This document shows positions 46,448-55,143 of a stretch of DNA of 64,000 nucleotides, piece after piece. This DNA comes from a virus (taxonomy: Duplodnaviria > Caudoviricetes). A program made the translations under genes and the position numbers. Below the pieces are notes generated by a model, which was not told where the DNA came from, did not search any database, and was given only the letters and a program-made list of their open reading frames with translations. Positions within the stretch are counted from its first letter, which is position 1. Every line of letters starts with the position of its first letter. The stretch spans positions 1-64,000 of IMG/VR virus record IMGVR_UViG_3300025986_000001. One strand, written 5' to 3'.

Positions 46448-46972
46448 TCAGCCGGCTCGGCCGAGCCGGTGTGCGTTCAGACTGACTACGTTGCTGACCA
46501 ACTGGCCGGTCATCTCATACCGGGTCCAGGCTCTCCGCGTCATCTGGTCATGCCACCGGATGTCGTCGCTGCTCAGCGCGTTCAGCGCCACCAGGTCGGG
46601 GTCGGACACATTGCCGAACCAGCGTGCATATGCCATCAGCGTGCGCTCGCCCTGCTCCTTGGGAGCGCGGCCGTTGGAGGTCATCCGAATGCCGTAGAAG
46701 CGGCGCTCCTTCAGCTCCTTCAGCGCTCGTTTGATCCGGACCTCGCCGTAGGGCCGATAGCCCGAGCTGGTGCGCGCTTCAACGTCGCGGTGAAACTGCA
46801 GCAGCTCGTTGAGGCCCGGTACCTGGAACTCGGGGAAGGTCAGCGCGAGGTCAAGGACGGTGCGCGCCTCCTTGCTGAGCGGCCGAGGGCCGGCTACATC
46901 GCTGAGCGCGGTGGCGAACCAGGGTTCGCCCTGGGGAACGCGAAATTGACCTACCCCTCGGGTGGTCTTCAT
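46448..46972 (-). CDS. RepA-like winged-helix replication initiator (putative)
   Basis: LSKEARTVL...GEVRIKRALKELKERRFY resembles actinobacterial wHTH Rep N-termini; adjacent to an ori-like region. Confidence 0.55.
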   Translation of the reverse strand: MKTTRGVGQFRVPQGEPWFATALSDVAGPRPLSKEARTVLDLALTFPEFQVPGLNELLQFHRDVEARTSSGYRPYGEVRIKRALKELKERRFYGIRMTSNGRAPKEQGERTLMAYARWFGNVSDPDLVALNALSSDDIRWHDQMTRRAWTRYEMTGQLVSNVVSLNAHRLGRAG

Positions 46973-47090
46973 GACGCCACCGTGTTACAGAAGTGGAACA
47001 CGGCCATGATCTCCGGTAGCATGGGGGCTCGATTCGTTTGCCGCAGTCGTAAGAACAAGCTTCCAACTCTTGGCGTGAGCAGGAGCTTTC

Positions 47091-47128
47091 AGAAAACCCG
47101 GGCTGGCAGGCCCGGGTTTTCTGTTTTC
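47091..47128. terminator. intrinsic terminator hairpin
   Basis: AGAAAACCCGGGC-TGGCAG-GCCCGGGTTTTCT followed by GTTTT. Confidence 0.75.
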
Positions 47129-47132
47129 CGAG

Positions 47133-47384
47133 CTAGGCAGCCCGGGACGTATGTGGATCTTGCTGGCGTAGCTCTTGCCGCCTCAACGCCTGGGCTCGAC
47201 GGTTGGTGACGGTCGACGGGATGACGCTGAGGCGCTCCGCGATTGTCGCGATGGGGCCGCCGGTAGAGACCGCGATGTACAGCTCGTCGATCTCGACGTC
47301 GAGACGATCTCGCTCTTCCTGCAGAGCGATCAGGCGCTCAACATTCTCGTCGAAGCCCTCGGGCTTGGGTCGTCGCAATGCCAT
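47133..47384 (-). CDS. small HTH protein
   Basis: PIATIAERLSVIPSTVTNRR. Confidence 0.6.
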   Translation of the reverse strand: MALRRPKPEGFDENVERLIALQEERDRLDVEIDELYIAVSTGGPIATIAERLSVIPSTVTNRRAQALRRQELRQQDPHTSRAA

Positions 47385-47489
47385 GCGAAGGACGATAGCA
47401 GGTCCTACGAGTAGCTCGTAGCGGCTCAAGAAACTCGGCGCGTTGAGCCCGACGTCCGAGCGGCGAATTTCCGCTCGGACAGAAGAGAC

Positions 47490-47970
47490 GAAGTCTCTTA
47501 GGGTTTTGATTTTAAGTTCTTATATAAGTACTTCTTTCTAGTAGGTAGTTGTGGGGATCCGTGCGATACCTTCAATCTGACCTGCGGAAACTCCGTGTTT
47601 GCCCAGGTCAGATTGAAGGTATCGCGACAGCACCTTCCGACCCCTCTGGGTAGGTCTCTACGAGGGACCAGACTTGATCACGTTCCGTCGATGCCAACAG
47701 CTGTCTCACCTGCAGAGATAGATCGTTGAGGGGTTCCGCGAAAAATCCTGGAAAACCACGTGATGGCACTTGCCATCCACCTAGTTTCTAAAAAATCTTG
47801 GGATGGCAAGTGCCATCACGTGGTTTTGCGGAATTACCGAACAACCACTGACCTGCGAAGATGTAATAAACGGAAAACCCCAGCGATGGCAATTGCCATC
47901 CAATAGTTTTCCGTTTTGTCCGATTTAACCCAGCTATGGCAAACGCCATGCAGGGGGTTTTCCGTTTATT
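47490..47970. other. putative plasmid-type replication origin
   Basis: AT-rich tract 47500-47545; inverted repeats of 22, 27 and 17 bp; four ATGGCA-N2-YGCCAT palindromes. Confidence 0.55.
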
Positions 47971-48103
47971 CGTGCGGACGGGCCGGCTGGCGGAGAAACG
48001 TGATGCAGTCCACACTTCGAGTGCTTATTTCTGGGCAGATGCGAGCGCCGTTCATTGATGTACTGGGCGCAGCGACAACCCCACCTAGACGCTCTTGGAG
48101 TCC

Positions 48104-48574
48104 ATGATGAATGCCGCCCTGTCCCGCTTCCTGCTCGTCTCCGCCGCCCTGACCGCTATGCACGAGGTCGGCGACCACTGGGTGCAGACCGACCGCCAGG
48201 CCTGCACGAAGGGCGCACCGGGCTGGCCCGGCCGGCTGGCCTGCGCCGCGCACGTCGCGACCTACACCGCCACCGGCGCGCTCGCGGTGACGGCGGCCTC
48301 GCGGCGGCTGCGAGTGCCGATGTCCGGCGGCTGGCTGGCCGCCGGACTGGCGCTGAACGCGGCGAGCCACTACGTCGCGGACCGCCGCACGCCGCTGCGG
48401 CAGCTGGCCCGCCTGACCGGCCGAGCCGGCTACCTGCAGCACGCCACGGTGGTGCGCCGCCCGGACGGCGCGGCGCAGGACACCGGCCCGGGTACGGGCC
48501 TGTTCCACCTCGACCAGAGCTGGCACTACGGCTGGATCTTCGTCTCCGCGCTGCTGGCCGCCGGCCGCGACTGA
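48104..48574 (+). CDS. DUF3307-like membrane protein
   Basis: HEVGDHWVQT, HVATY, SHYVADRR, LDQSWH. Confidence 0.75.
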   Translation: MMNAALSRFLLVSAALTAMHEVGDHWVQTDRQACTKGAPGWPGRLACAAHVATYTATGALAVTAASRRLRVPMSGGWLAAGLALNAASHYVADRRTPLRQLARLTGRAGYLQHATVVRRPDGAAQDTGPGTGLFHLDQSWHYGWIFVSALLAAGRD

Positions 48575-48756
48575 TCCGCCTCGCCGGGCAACCGTCTGTG
48601 CTCGTCGAGGCCGAGCCGCTCGTAGAGCTGGCGCAGCCGCGCCTCGACGCCGCCGGTGCGCGCCAGGTACGCGTCCACCGCGGCGAGCAGTTCGTCGTTG
48701 AAGACGCTGAGCTCCGCGTCCAGTTCCTCGTCGGTCATCTCAGGCTCGTCGGTCAT
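48526..48756 (-). CDS. small acidic protein
   Basis: AAGGAGG SD. Confidence 0.5.
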   Translation of the reverse strand: MTDEPEMTDEELDAELSVFNDELLAAVDAYLARTGGVEARLRQLYERLGLDEHRRLPGEADQSRPAASSAETKIQP

Positions 48757-49128
48757 GATCTCCTCCTTCGGGTTGGTCCCTCATCAGGTAGGGGCCGTCG
48801 GAGGGGCAAGCCGTGAAGTCGTTCAGCCGTGCAAAACTATGACGCGCGTCACATATATACGAAGGTCACTGGTTTTGGCCGGAAATCAAAACGCGTTCTG
48901 GGGAAAAAGGGAAATTTCAAAAGTTGAGGTGTGACCTGCGTCACATCTTCGCGCAGGCCGGGGGATGGGCGGGTTCATCGCACCTAGGGGATGGCATCAG
49001 AACAAGGACCCGCCGCAGACGGCGCTGAGAGCGTCCAGGACGACACGACAGGCGCTCCTGGTAGCTCGGTATACCCCAGGGTGCCGTCAGGAGCTCAGCG
49101 GGCCAGGTGGGGGCGTCCGGAAATACGG

Positions 49129-49166
49129 GCGGCCCCGTACCGGGGGCATGTCCGGTACGGGGCCGC
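49129..49166. terminator. 15-bp inverted repeat
   Basis: GCGGCCCCGTACCGG-N8-CCGGTACGGGGCCGC. Confidence 0.6.
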
Positions 49167-49252
49167 TGATCGGGCAGGTTACGGGGTCAGTCGCCGGCGA
49201 TGTGTCTCGTGGCGCAGTAGCGCCGCGGTGATTGCAGGGGCCTGTGTGTCGT

Positions 49253-49993
49253 TCAGCGCGGGTAGAGCACGTCGCCGTTGTAGGTCTTCGGGCGCAGCCG
49301 CACGTTGTCGTCGAGGACGCTGATGTCGCCGTTGTAGGTTTCGGCCCATACCTGCGGGCGGGCATCACCGACGGCACCGACGGCGATGTTGCCGTTGTAG
49401 CTTTTGAGCTTGGATTCTTCGCCTACACCCAGCGCGCGGACATCGCCGTTGTAACTCTTCAGCCGTACCTGCGTGACGCCGACGCTGTGCACGTCGCCGT
49501 TGTAGCTTTTGCCCTTCGCGCTGCTGCCGGGCGGCAGGATGGCCCGCAGATGGATGACGGCGGGAGGGTCGCCGGCCGCGGCGCCGTTGTCGTCGCCCTC
49601 GACCAGTTTGCCGTTGATGTAGGTCTTACCGCCGCGGACCTGGATCCGTTTGCCGTTGATCATCATGTCGGCGTCACCTCGGCCGATCGCGATGGTCCCG
49701 CCGGACACCACGACGCCGCTGCTGATGTTCATGACGGAGGTGCCGCCGAAACTGCTGATCATGGTGCCACCGGTGGCCTCGGCCGGGAGGACGAGTTCGA
49801 CGCCTTCGCTGGATTCGCGCAGCGCCAGCCGGTCGATCGCTTCGACGGTGGGGCCGGAGTTGACCTCGGCGTATGCCTCGATCTGCGCCCGGCGGCAGCG
49901 GGAGTCGACCTCGAACGTGATGTTGGAGTTGTAACCCTCCAGGGTCAGGTGGATCGCCCCACCGCCGCGGGGCTCGAGAATCCGCGAGTACAT
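49253..49993 (-). CDS. DUF4097-like beta-strand repeat protein
   Basis: Five C-terminal (K/E)(S/T)YNG(D/N)(V/I) repeats. Confidence 0.7.
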   Translation of the reverse strand: MYSRILEPRGGGAIHLTLEGYNSNITFEVDSRCRRAQIEAYAEVNSGPTVEAIDRLALRESSEGVELVLPAEATGGTMISSFGGTSVMNISSGVVVSGGTIAIGRGDADMMINGKRIQVRGGKTYINGKLVEGDDNGAAAGDPPAVIHLRAILPPGSSAKGKSYNGDVHSVGVTQVRLKSYNGDVRALGVGEESKLKSYNGNIAVGAVGDARPQVWAETYNGDISVLDDNVRLRPKTYNGDVLYPR

Positions 49994-50082
49994 GATTTGT
50001 TCCTTTCTTCATCGCGCGAACCGCCCTGCTGGCGGCCGCCGCGGACGCCCGGCCGTCGTCGGGCCGGGCGTCACGGGAGCCG

Positions 50083-50355
50083 TCAGCGACCGGCGCCGGC
50101 CTGCTGCATCACCAGCTCGGTCACCGCAACGGCAGCGGTGAGCTGGCCCGGCTGGTCCAGGTCTAGGCCCAGGCTCTGGCCGATGTTCAGGACGGTGGCC
50201 GCCCACACCTCGTCCGGGTCGCCGGGGCCGGCCAGCACCGCCCGCGCGGCGGCGACGGTGAACTCGATGACGGCCTGTACCGCCGGGCGTAGCTCGTCGG
50301 CGACCGCGCGCACCGTTTCGGTCTGCTCGGCGCGCTGAGCTTCCTGCTGATCCAT
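50083..50355 (-). CDS. hypothetical protein
   Basis: GGGAG SD. Confidence 0.55.
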   Translation of the reverse strand: MDQQEAQRAEQTETVRAVADELRPAVQAVIEFTVAAARAVLAGPGDPDEVWAATVLNIGQSLGLDLDQPGQLTAAVAVTELVMQQAGAGR

Positions 50356-50429
50356 GTCTCTCCCTTCACGTCTGCCGCTCTGGCAGCCGCCGCGCCCGGC
50401 CGGTACCTGCCCGGCCGGCACGGCGGCGG

Positions 50430-50870
50430 TCAGGTGAAGACGACCTGCCCGAAGATCGCCACCTGCAGCACGAGGTCAGCGTCGGTCGTCAGCAGTTCGT
50501 CGGCGTTGACGTGCTGCTCGGCCAGGCGAAGCCGGCGACGAACCGCCTCATCGCCGACATGGCCGCGCATCAGTGCCGGACCGTCGGCGCGCAGGATCGA
50601 CGCGTACGCGGCCTCCAGGCGCCGGGTGGTCGGCACCCAGCCGGGCAGCTGCACCGCACCGGCGTGTTCAGGCTGTTCCGGCAGGACCGGCCAGGCCATC
50701 AGTTGCCGTGGCGTCAGCAGCAGCTGAGGGCTCGGGACCAGGGCGATGACACCGGCCGGGCCGAGATGCTGCTCGGTGACCTCGTACCAGCGCCGGCCCT
50801 CGATGGCCAGCGCGCGTTGCCAGATCCTGTGGTAGAAGGTGCCGCGCACCTCGGAGGTGTACAGGGACAC
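50430..50870 (-). CDS. paralogue family B
   Basis: Ends DADLVLQVAIFGQVVFT. Confidence 0.6.
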   Translation of the reverse strand: MSLYTSEVRGTFYHRIWQRALAIEGRRWYEVTEQHLGPAGVIALVPSPQLLLTPRQLMAWPVLPEQPEHAGAVQLPGWVPTTRRLEAAYASILRADGPALMRGHVGDEAVRRRLRLAEQHVNADELLTTDADLVLQVAIFGQVVFT

Positions 50871-51019
50871 GGTGGGGTTGTCCTCTCGTCACGATGCCGC
50901 ATCAGCATAGAGGCGCCGTGCGACTTCGCCGGTCTGAGCTGGACATTCGTCGTGTCCAGACAGAAAGGCCACGCGCCCCGGGCGAGTACCTGGGGCGCGT
51001 CGGCAGCGACCTGCGGGGC

Positions 51020-51298
51020 TCAGCCCTGCATCTGGTAGTACGAGATGATTGCCGCCGCGGCCATCCCGCCGGCCTTGTCGAGATCCAGCTCCAACGCCTC
51101 GGCGTTGGCCAGGACGATGGCTGCCCAGATCTCGGCCTCGGGCATCCCCATCTCCCGGCACATCCGGGCGGGAATCGCCAGCTTCCGCGCCAGCTCGGCG
51201 AACTCGGCGGCGCCTTCGGTGTACGCCTCGGCCAGCGCCGCCGTCTTCTCGGCCTTGGTCATGGCGGCGAAGTTCGGGTTCTTCAGGTTCTTGTGCAC
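51020..51298 (-). CDS. hypothetical protein
   Basis: AAAGGTG SD. Confidence 0.55.
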   Translation of the reverse strand: MHKNLKNPNFAAMTKAEKTAALAEAYTEGAAEFAELARKLAIPARMCREMGMPEAEIWAAIVLANAEALELDLDKAGGMAAAAIISYYQMQG

Positions 51299-51374
51299 GA
51301 TCACCTTTCCTGACGTCCGCCCTGGACGCCACCGCACCGCACCGGCCTTGCGGGCCGGTACGGCACGGAAGTGT

Positions 51375-51563
51375 TCAGGCGGGGGAGGTGCCGTCCGTGC
51401 GCGGCACGAAGGCCGCGGGACCGTCGGTTCGCAGCGTACGTGCCGCGCGCGAGGCTCGGGCGAAGGCGCCGCGGCGGGTGTTGCGCTGCGGCGGGGCCTC
51501 GTGGTAGGCCACGATGGCGGCCCTGATCAGTTCCGGATCGGTCTCCTTGCGGTACGTGAACAT
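51375..51563 (-). CDS. small basic protein
   Basis: AGGAG SD before MFTYRK. Confidence 0.5.
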   Translation of the reverse strand: MFTYRKETDPELIRAAIVAYHEAPPQRNTRRGAFARASRAARTLRTDGPAAFVPRTDGTSPA

Positions 51564-51687
51564 GGTGGACTCCTGAGGGGTTGTTGTCCGTGCTGTTTCC
51601 TGGCCGGGCGGCCACCGCACACGTCCGGATCCGGGGAGCCGGACGCGACGGCTGGTTGCCAGTCCAACGCGCAAGTTGCACCTCAGG

Positions 51688-52137
51688 TCAGCCCAGTGGT
51701 CCGTATTCCTGCCTGAGGGTGAAGATCAGCTGACCGGCGGCGGAATCCAGCACGTGGCGCAGGTCGTCGGCGCCGGCGCCGAACGCCGCGGACCGGTGAG
51801 CGCTGTAGAACAGGCCCAGGTCGACGAAGGCCTGCGCCACCTGCGACCCTGTCGCCTGACGGCGATGCCACGTCGCCTGCCCGGCGAGTTCATCGATCTC
51901 AGGGTCGGTGGGGAACCGGCCCTCGCGGGTCAGGAAGCGGGTGAAGTCCTGCGCGACCGCGCGCAGAAACTGCTCGCCGAACGAGCAGGCCAGCGGCACG
52001 GCCGCCTCGTCGTCGTACTCATGCGCGGCCAGCCGGGCCAGCTCCTCGACCGGCAGCATGCCGATCCGCTGGCCGGCCACCTCGATCAGTTCAGTTGACC
52101 CATCGTGCCGCGGCACATGAAGATCCTGGTCCTGCAT
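51688..52137 (-). CDS. hypothetical early protein
   Basis: AAGGAG SD. Confidence 0.55.
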   Translation of the reverse strand: MQDQDLHVPRHDGSTELIEVAGQRIGMLPVEELARLAAHEYDDEAAVPLACSFGEQFLRAVAQDFTRFLTREGRFPTDPEIDELAGQATWHRRQATGSQVAQAFVDLGLFYSAHRSAAFGAGADDLRHVLDSAAGQLIFTLRQEYGPLG

Positions 52138-52154
52138 GATGCAATCTCCTTCTC

Positions 52155-52406
52155 TTATGGCACGCGAAGCAGGCCGGCGCGATGCAGGACGTTGAGCAGT
52201 TCGTCGGCGGAGAGCTCCGTCACCAGATCGTGGGGCGAAGACTTCTGGTCGCCCGGCTTGCGCAGGAACGCATCGAGCGCGTCCTCGACCTTGTCGATCG
52301 CGGCTTCCCTGGCCGCGACCGCGACCAGGTGATCTTCGTATGCCTCTTGCGTTCCGGTGTAACCTTCCATCCAGTCCGGCTCGATGGTGGTGTAGTCGTC
52401 AGCCAT
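52155..52406 (-). CDS. small acidic protein
   Basis: GGAGGG SD. Confidence 0.5.
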   Translation of the reverse strand: MADDYTTIEPDWMEGYTGTQEAYEDHLVAVAAREAAIDKVEDALDAFLRKPGDQKSSPHDLVTELSADELLNVLHRAGLLRVP

Positions 52407-52442
52407 CAGGTTGCCCTCCCTCGGGTCCATGACGTCGTTGCG

Positions 52443-52814
52443 TCAACAGTCTTCGTCTGTGTGCCAACCGTCCGGGCAGTCATCGAAAAGCTTGACCGCG
52501 CGATTGTCGGATCCGCAGACGCCGCAATTGCCGGGCCATCGGCCGTGCTGGTTGGCGTGGTCCTCGGCGTCGTCGTGGCCGCCGGGCAGGATGCAGTCCC
52601 GGCCCTGCTCGTCGCGGGCGGTGCACTGCGGGTTCCCGGCATACCAGGGGAGCTGCGGTGCACCGTTCCTCATGCCGGGAAGGAGTGACGCGATGCGGTG
52701 CTGGCCGCTTCCGGTTACGCCGTCGATTCGCAGCACGTCGTCGCCGTCGAACAGGAAGGGGCCGGCAGCCATTTCCTTGCTGTACCGATCAACGGTTGAC
52801 TCGTTCTCAGTCAT
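52443..52814 (-). CDS. Cys/His-rich protein
   Basis: C...C...GH...H, CGVC. Confidence 0.5.
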   Translation of the reverse strand: MTENESTVDRYSKEMAAGPFLFDGDDVLRIDGVTGSGQHRIASLLPGMRNGAPQLPWYAGNPQCTARDEQGRDCILPGGHDDAEDHANQHGRWPGNCGVCGSDNRAVKLFDDCPDGWHTDEDC

Positions 52815-52848
52815 GATCATCTCTCCTCGATCTTGATGTCGGCTTGCC

Positions 52849-53430
52849 TCAGCAGTCCTCGTCAACCGGGATGACCGGCTGCCCGGCGGGCAGCCGGTCG
52901 ATCTCCCCGATCCCGGTGACCAAGCTGATGCTCTCCTGGTCACCGCGGATCATCACCGACAGGCGGCGCACCCGGGCCGCCACGCACCCGGCGCCGTCCC
53001 GGTCGGCGATGTGCCAGGCCCCGGCACTGCGGACCGCCGCGTTACGCACGTCGCAGGTCAGCAGCACCAGCTCGCCGAGCTCCACCTCGTCCGCGCGGAT
53101 CTTGCTGATGACCGGCTGCGCCGACAGCCGCCCGGGCCGCCGCCGGCTGTTCCCGCGGCTCAACCCCCGATCGGCGATCGAGGCGCGGTACAGCGCCGGC
53201 GTGACCACGGCGTCGGGGGTTTCGCGATGCCACGCGCCGTTGCGGATGTTCGCCCACACCAGCAGCCGCCAGTCGTCACTGACCGGCGACGGGTGATGGT
53301 CGAACATCCATTCCGCACCGGCTACGACCGGGCTGTCTGCCCGGTCGTAGCCGGTGACGACCTCCGGCAGCCCGCGGTCGGTCCAGTCGCCGTCGCGGCC
53401 TACCTGCATCAGCACCAGGATGGTGTCCAC
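52849..53430 (-). CDS. hypothetical protein
   Basis: ORF fills the operon. Confidence 0.55.
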   Translation of the reverse strand: MDTILVLMQVGRDGDWTDRGLPEVVTGYDRADSPVVAGAEWMFDHHPSPVSDDWRLLVWANIRNGAWHRETPDAVVTPALYRASIADRGLSRGNSRRRPGRLSAQPVISKIRADEVELGELVLLTCDVRNAAVRSAGAWHIADRDGAGCVAARVRRLSVMIRGDQESISLVTGIGEIDRLPAGQPVIPVDEDC

Positions 53431-53454
53431 CAGGGATATTTCCTTCCAGCTCGG

Positions 53455-53727
53455 TTACTGCGTCTCCGCGGCGTCGTGGAGCTCGATGAATCCACGGTCG
53501 CTGATCGGGTAGAAGTACAGGGTCTGTGGGTCCTTCCAGACCCATTCGCCGACGCCAGCGTCGGATCGGTGGTAGGCGCAGGTGAAGGTGACCACCGGCC
53601 CGCGGTCGGAGGAATAGACCATCCCGGCGGGAACCCAGGCCGCCACCTCAACAGCATTCTCGGCGGTGACCTGCACCGCTTCGATGGTCACGCCGGTCAG
53701 GCGCTGCCGAAACAGGCCGGGCTTCAT
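53455..53727 (-). CDS. phage hypothetical protein (IEAVQ...GEWV family)
   Basis: TIEAVQVT...VGEWVWK...FYP...F. Confidence 0.6.
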   Translation of the reverse strand: MKPGLFRQRLTGVTIEAVQVTAENAVEVAAWVPAGMVYSSDRGPVVTFTCAYHRSDAGVGEWVWKDPQTLYFYPISDRGFIELHDAAETQ

Positions 53728-54041
53728 CGCGTACTGGCCTGCATCGAGCGGTCGACGAGGGCCAGGGCGTCGCCGGGCTCCAGCCCGCACATCCGGTTGA
53801 TCTGCTCGACCCGCAGTTCGGCCACCGCTAGCAGCGAGCCGAAGTGCTGCGACACCTGCTCGCGCTGCGAGTCGGGGATCGGGTCGTAGCCACCGCGCTC
53901 CACCGCGATCACCGGCAGGAAGCGCACGACACCGTCCGCTCCCGTGCAGGTCATCTCGTCCTGCACGTACAGCGCCACGGCGCAGCCGGTGTGCTGTGCG
54001 ACCGCCGCCATCACGCCGACGATCAGGTCCTGAATGCTCAT
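53724..54041 (-). CDS. hypothetical protein
   Basis: GGGAG SD at the foot of a hairpin element. Confidence 0.55.
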   Translation of the reverse strand: MSIQDLIVGVMAAVAQHTGCAVALYVQDEMTCTGADGVVRFLPVIAVERGGYDPIPDSQREQVSQHFGSLLAVAELRVEQINRMCGLEPGDALALVDRSMQASTR

Positions 54042-54057
54042 GATCTCTCCCGTTTCT

Positions 54058-54120
54058 CCGTCGCCCGTGTGACGGTGGCGACCAGCCGGGTGGACCCCCG
54101 GCCGGTACCATCACTCACGC
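54058..54120 (-). repeat. divergent hairpin element copy
   Basis: CGTGAGTGATGGTA-[stem]-GCCACCG...CACACGG; contains the TGA of the upstream ORF. Confidence 0.7.
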
Positions 54121-54411
54121 GTTCAACGCGGTAACCGCCGCGGCCGCTTCGGCCTTGCAGCCGTGGTCGCTGACCGGATCCCAGAAACCCAGCCGGCAGT
54201 CACCCACCGTCCACAACCCCGGCTCGGATTGCAGGTACGTGTAGCGGAACTCGATGCCATTCAGCTCCCACGCCCGTCGCTTGGCGTCACGCTCGATGTC
54301 GTGGTCACTCTCCGGGACCCACCGGCCGTCGCCGGGGTGGTCGAAGCCGACCGTCCACAGGCGGTCCTCGCCAGCACAGCGGCGCACGTAGAAGCCGTGG
54401 AACTCGGGCAT
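54115..54411 (-). CDS. protein with duplicated LWTVG...W.P.SDH unit
   Basis: LWTVGF..WVPESDH / LWTVGD..WDPVSDH. Confidence 0.6.
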   Translation of the reverse strand: MPEFHGFYVRRCAGEDRLWTVGFDHPGDGRWVPESDHDIERDAKRRAWELNGIEFRYTYLQSEPGLWTVGDCRLGFWDPVSDHGCKAEAAAAVTALNA

Positions 54412-54413
54412 GA

Positions 54414-54788
54414 TCAGCTGGCCCCCGTCTGGTCCTGGAAGAAGTCGTGCGCCTGGAATGCCAGGTAGGTGCCGTCGTCGCGGTAACTGCCCAGCGGCCC
54501 CTCGTAGTCGTAGGGGTGGTTGCCGGCCCGCATGGACAACCCGAATCCGTGCGACTCGCTGCGCCAGCCCAGTTCGGGGTCGTCGTAGCTGAGCGCCAGG
54601 CACTGCCCGACGCTTTCCGGGTGGTAGTGCCGCAGCACCGGGAAGAATCGCCGGATGAACGGCTCGATCAGCTCCTGGGACTGCTCGAAGAGCACAGCGT
54701 GGTCACCGTTGTCGCCCTTGTGCCGGTGGCTGCTGCTCCTGAACTGCTCCACCACCCGGCCGATGTAGTGGTTGCTCGGCTCATCCAT
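54414..54788 (-). CDS. hypothetical protein
   Basis: First gene after the promoter at 54882-54910. Confidence 0.55.
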   Translation of the reverse strand: MDEPSNHYIGRVVEQFRSSSHRHKGDNGDHAVLFEQSQELIEPFIRRFFPVLRHYHPESVGQCLALSYDDPELGWRSESHGFGLSMRAGNHPYDYEGPLGSYRDDGTYLAFQAHDFFQDQTGAS

Positions 54789-54807
54789 GGGGATGTTCTC
54801 GCTCTCT

Positions 54808-54874
54808 CCGGTGCTCGACTCGTGCGCCGGCGGCAGCAACCGGGAACCCCCGGGCATTCCCGTCGCGCGCACGG
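54808..54874 (-). repeat. divergent hairpin element copy at a transcript 5' end
   Basis: 3' arm GCCGCCGGCGCACGA conserved. Confidence 0.5.
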
Positions 54875-54881
54875 TTTCGGC

Positions 54882-54910
54882 AGCGTAACAGCGAGTATGC
54901 GACGCGTCAA
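54882..54910 (-). promoter_or_regulatory. housekeeping-sigma promoter
   Basis: TTGACG-N17-TACGCT. Confidence 0.7.
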
Positions 54911-54918
54911 TCTAGGAT

Positions 54919-54963
54919 AGACACGTAGGGGGCCAGGATTAGGTCCTGGCCCCCTACGTGTCT
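54919..54963. terminator. perfect 20-bp inverted repeat
   Basis: AGACACGTAGGGGGCCAGGA-TTAGG-complement. Confidence 0.8.
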
Positions 54964-55143
54964 GTGCCAACAGTAAATCAGTAGTCGGGATCTCCGGGCC
55001 GCGCCTGATGCCAGCCGCGGTCGATCGGATCGCCCCGTCGCCGGGCGCGCCAGTCCCCGAACAGCGTCCCCGCCACGGCGCCGGACCACATCAGCAGGCC
55101 CATCGCGCTGCCCCACAACAGGTTCGCGATCACCTGTGTCACG

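Noticed and set aside
47752-47827. Canonical parS or protelomerase site
   Set aside because: Only the CACGTG core matches TGTTTCACGTGAAACA, the IR arms are separated by 22 nt, and no ParA or protelomerase is visible in the window.
51688-52137. Ocr-like DNA mimic
   Set aside because: Only a vague EIDELA resemblance and not acidic enough to support the call.
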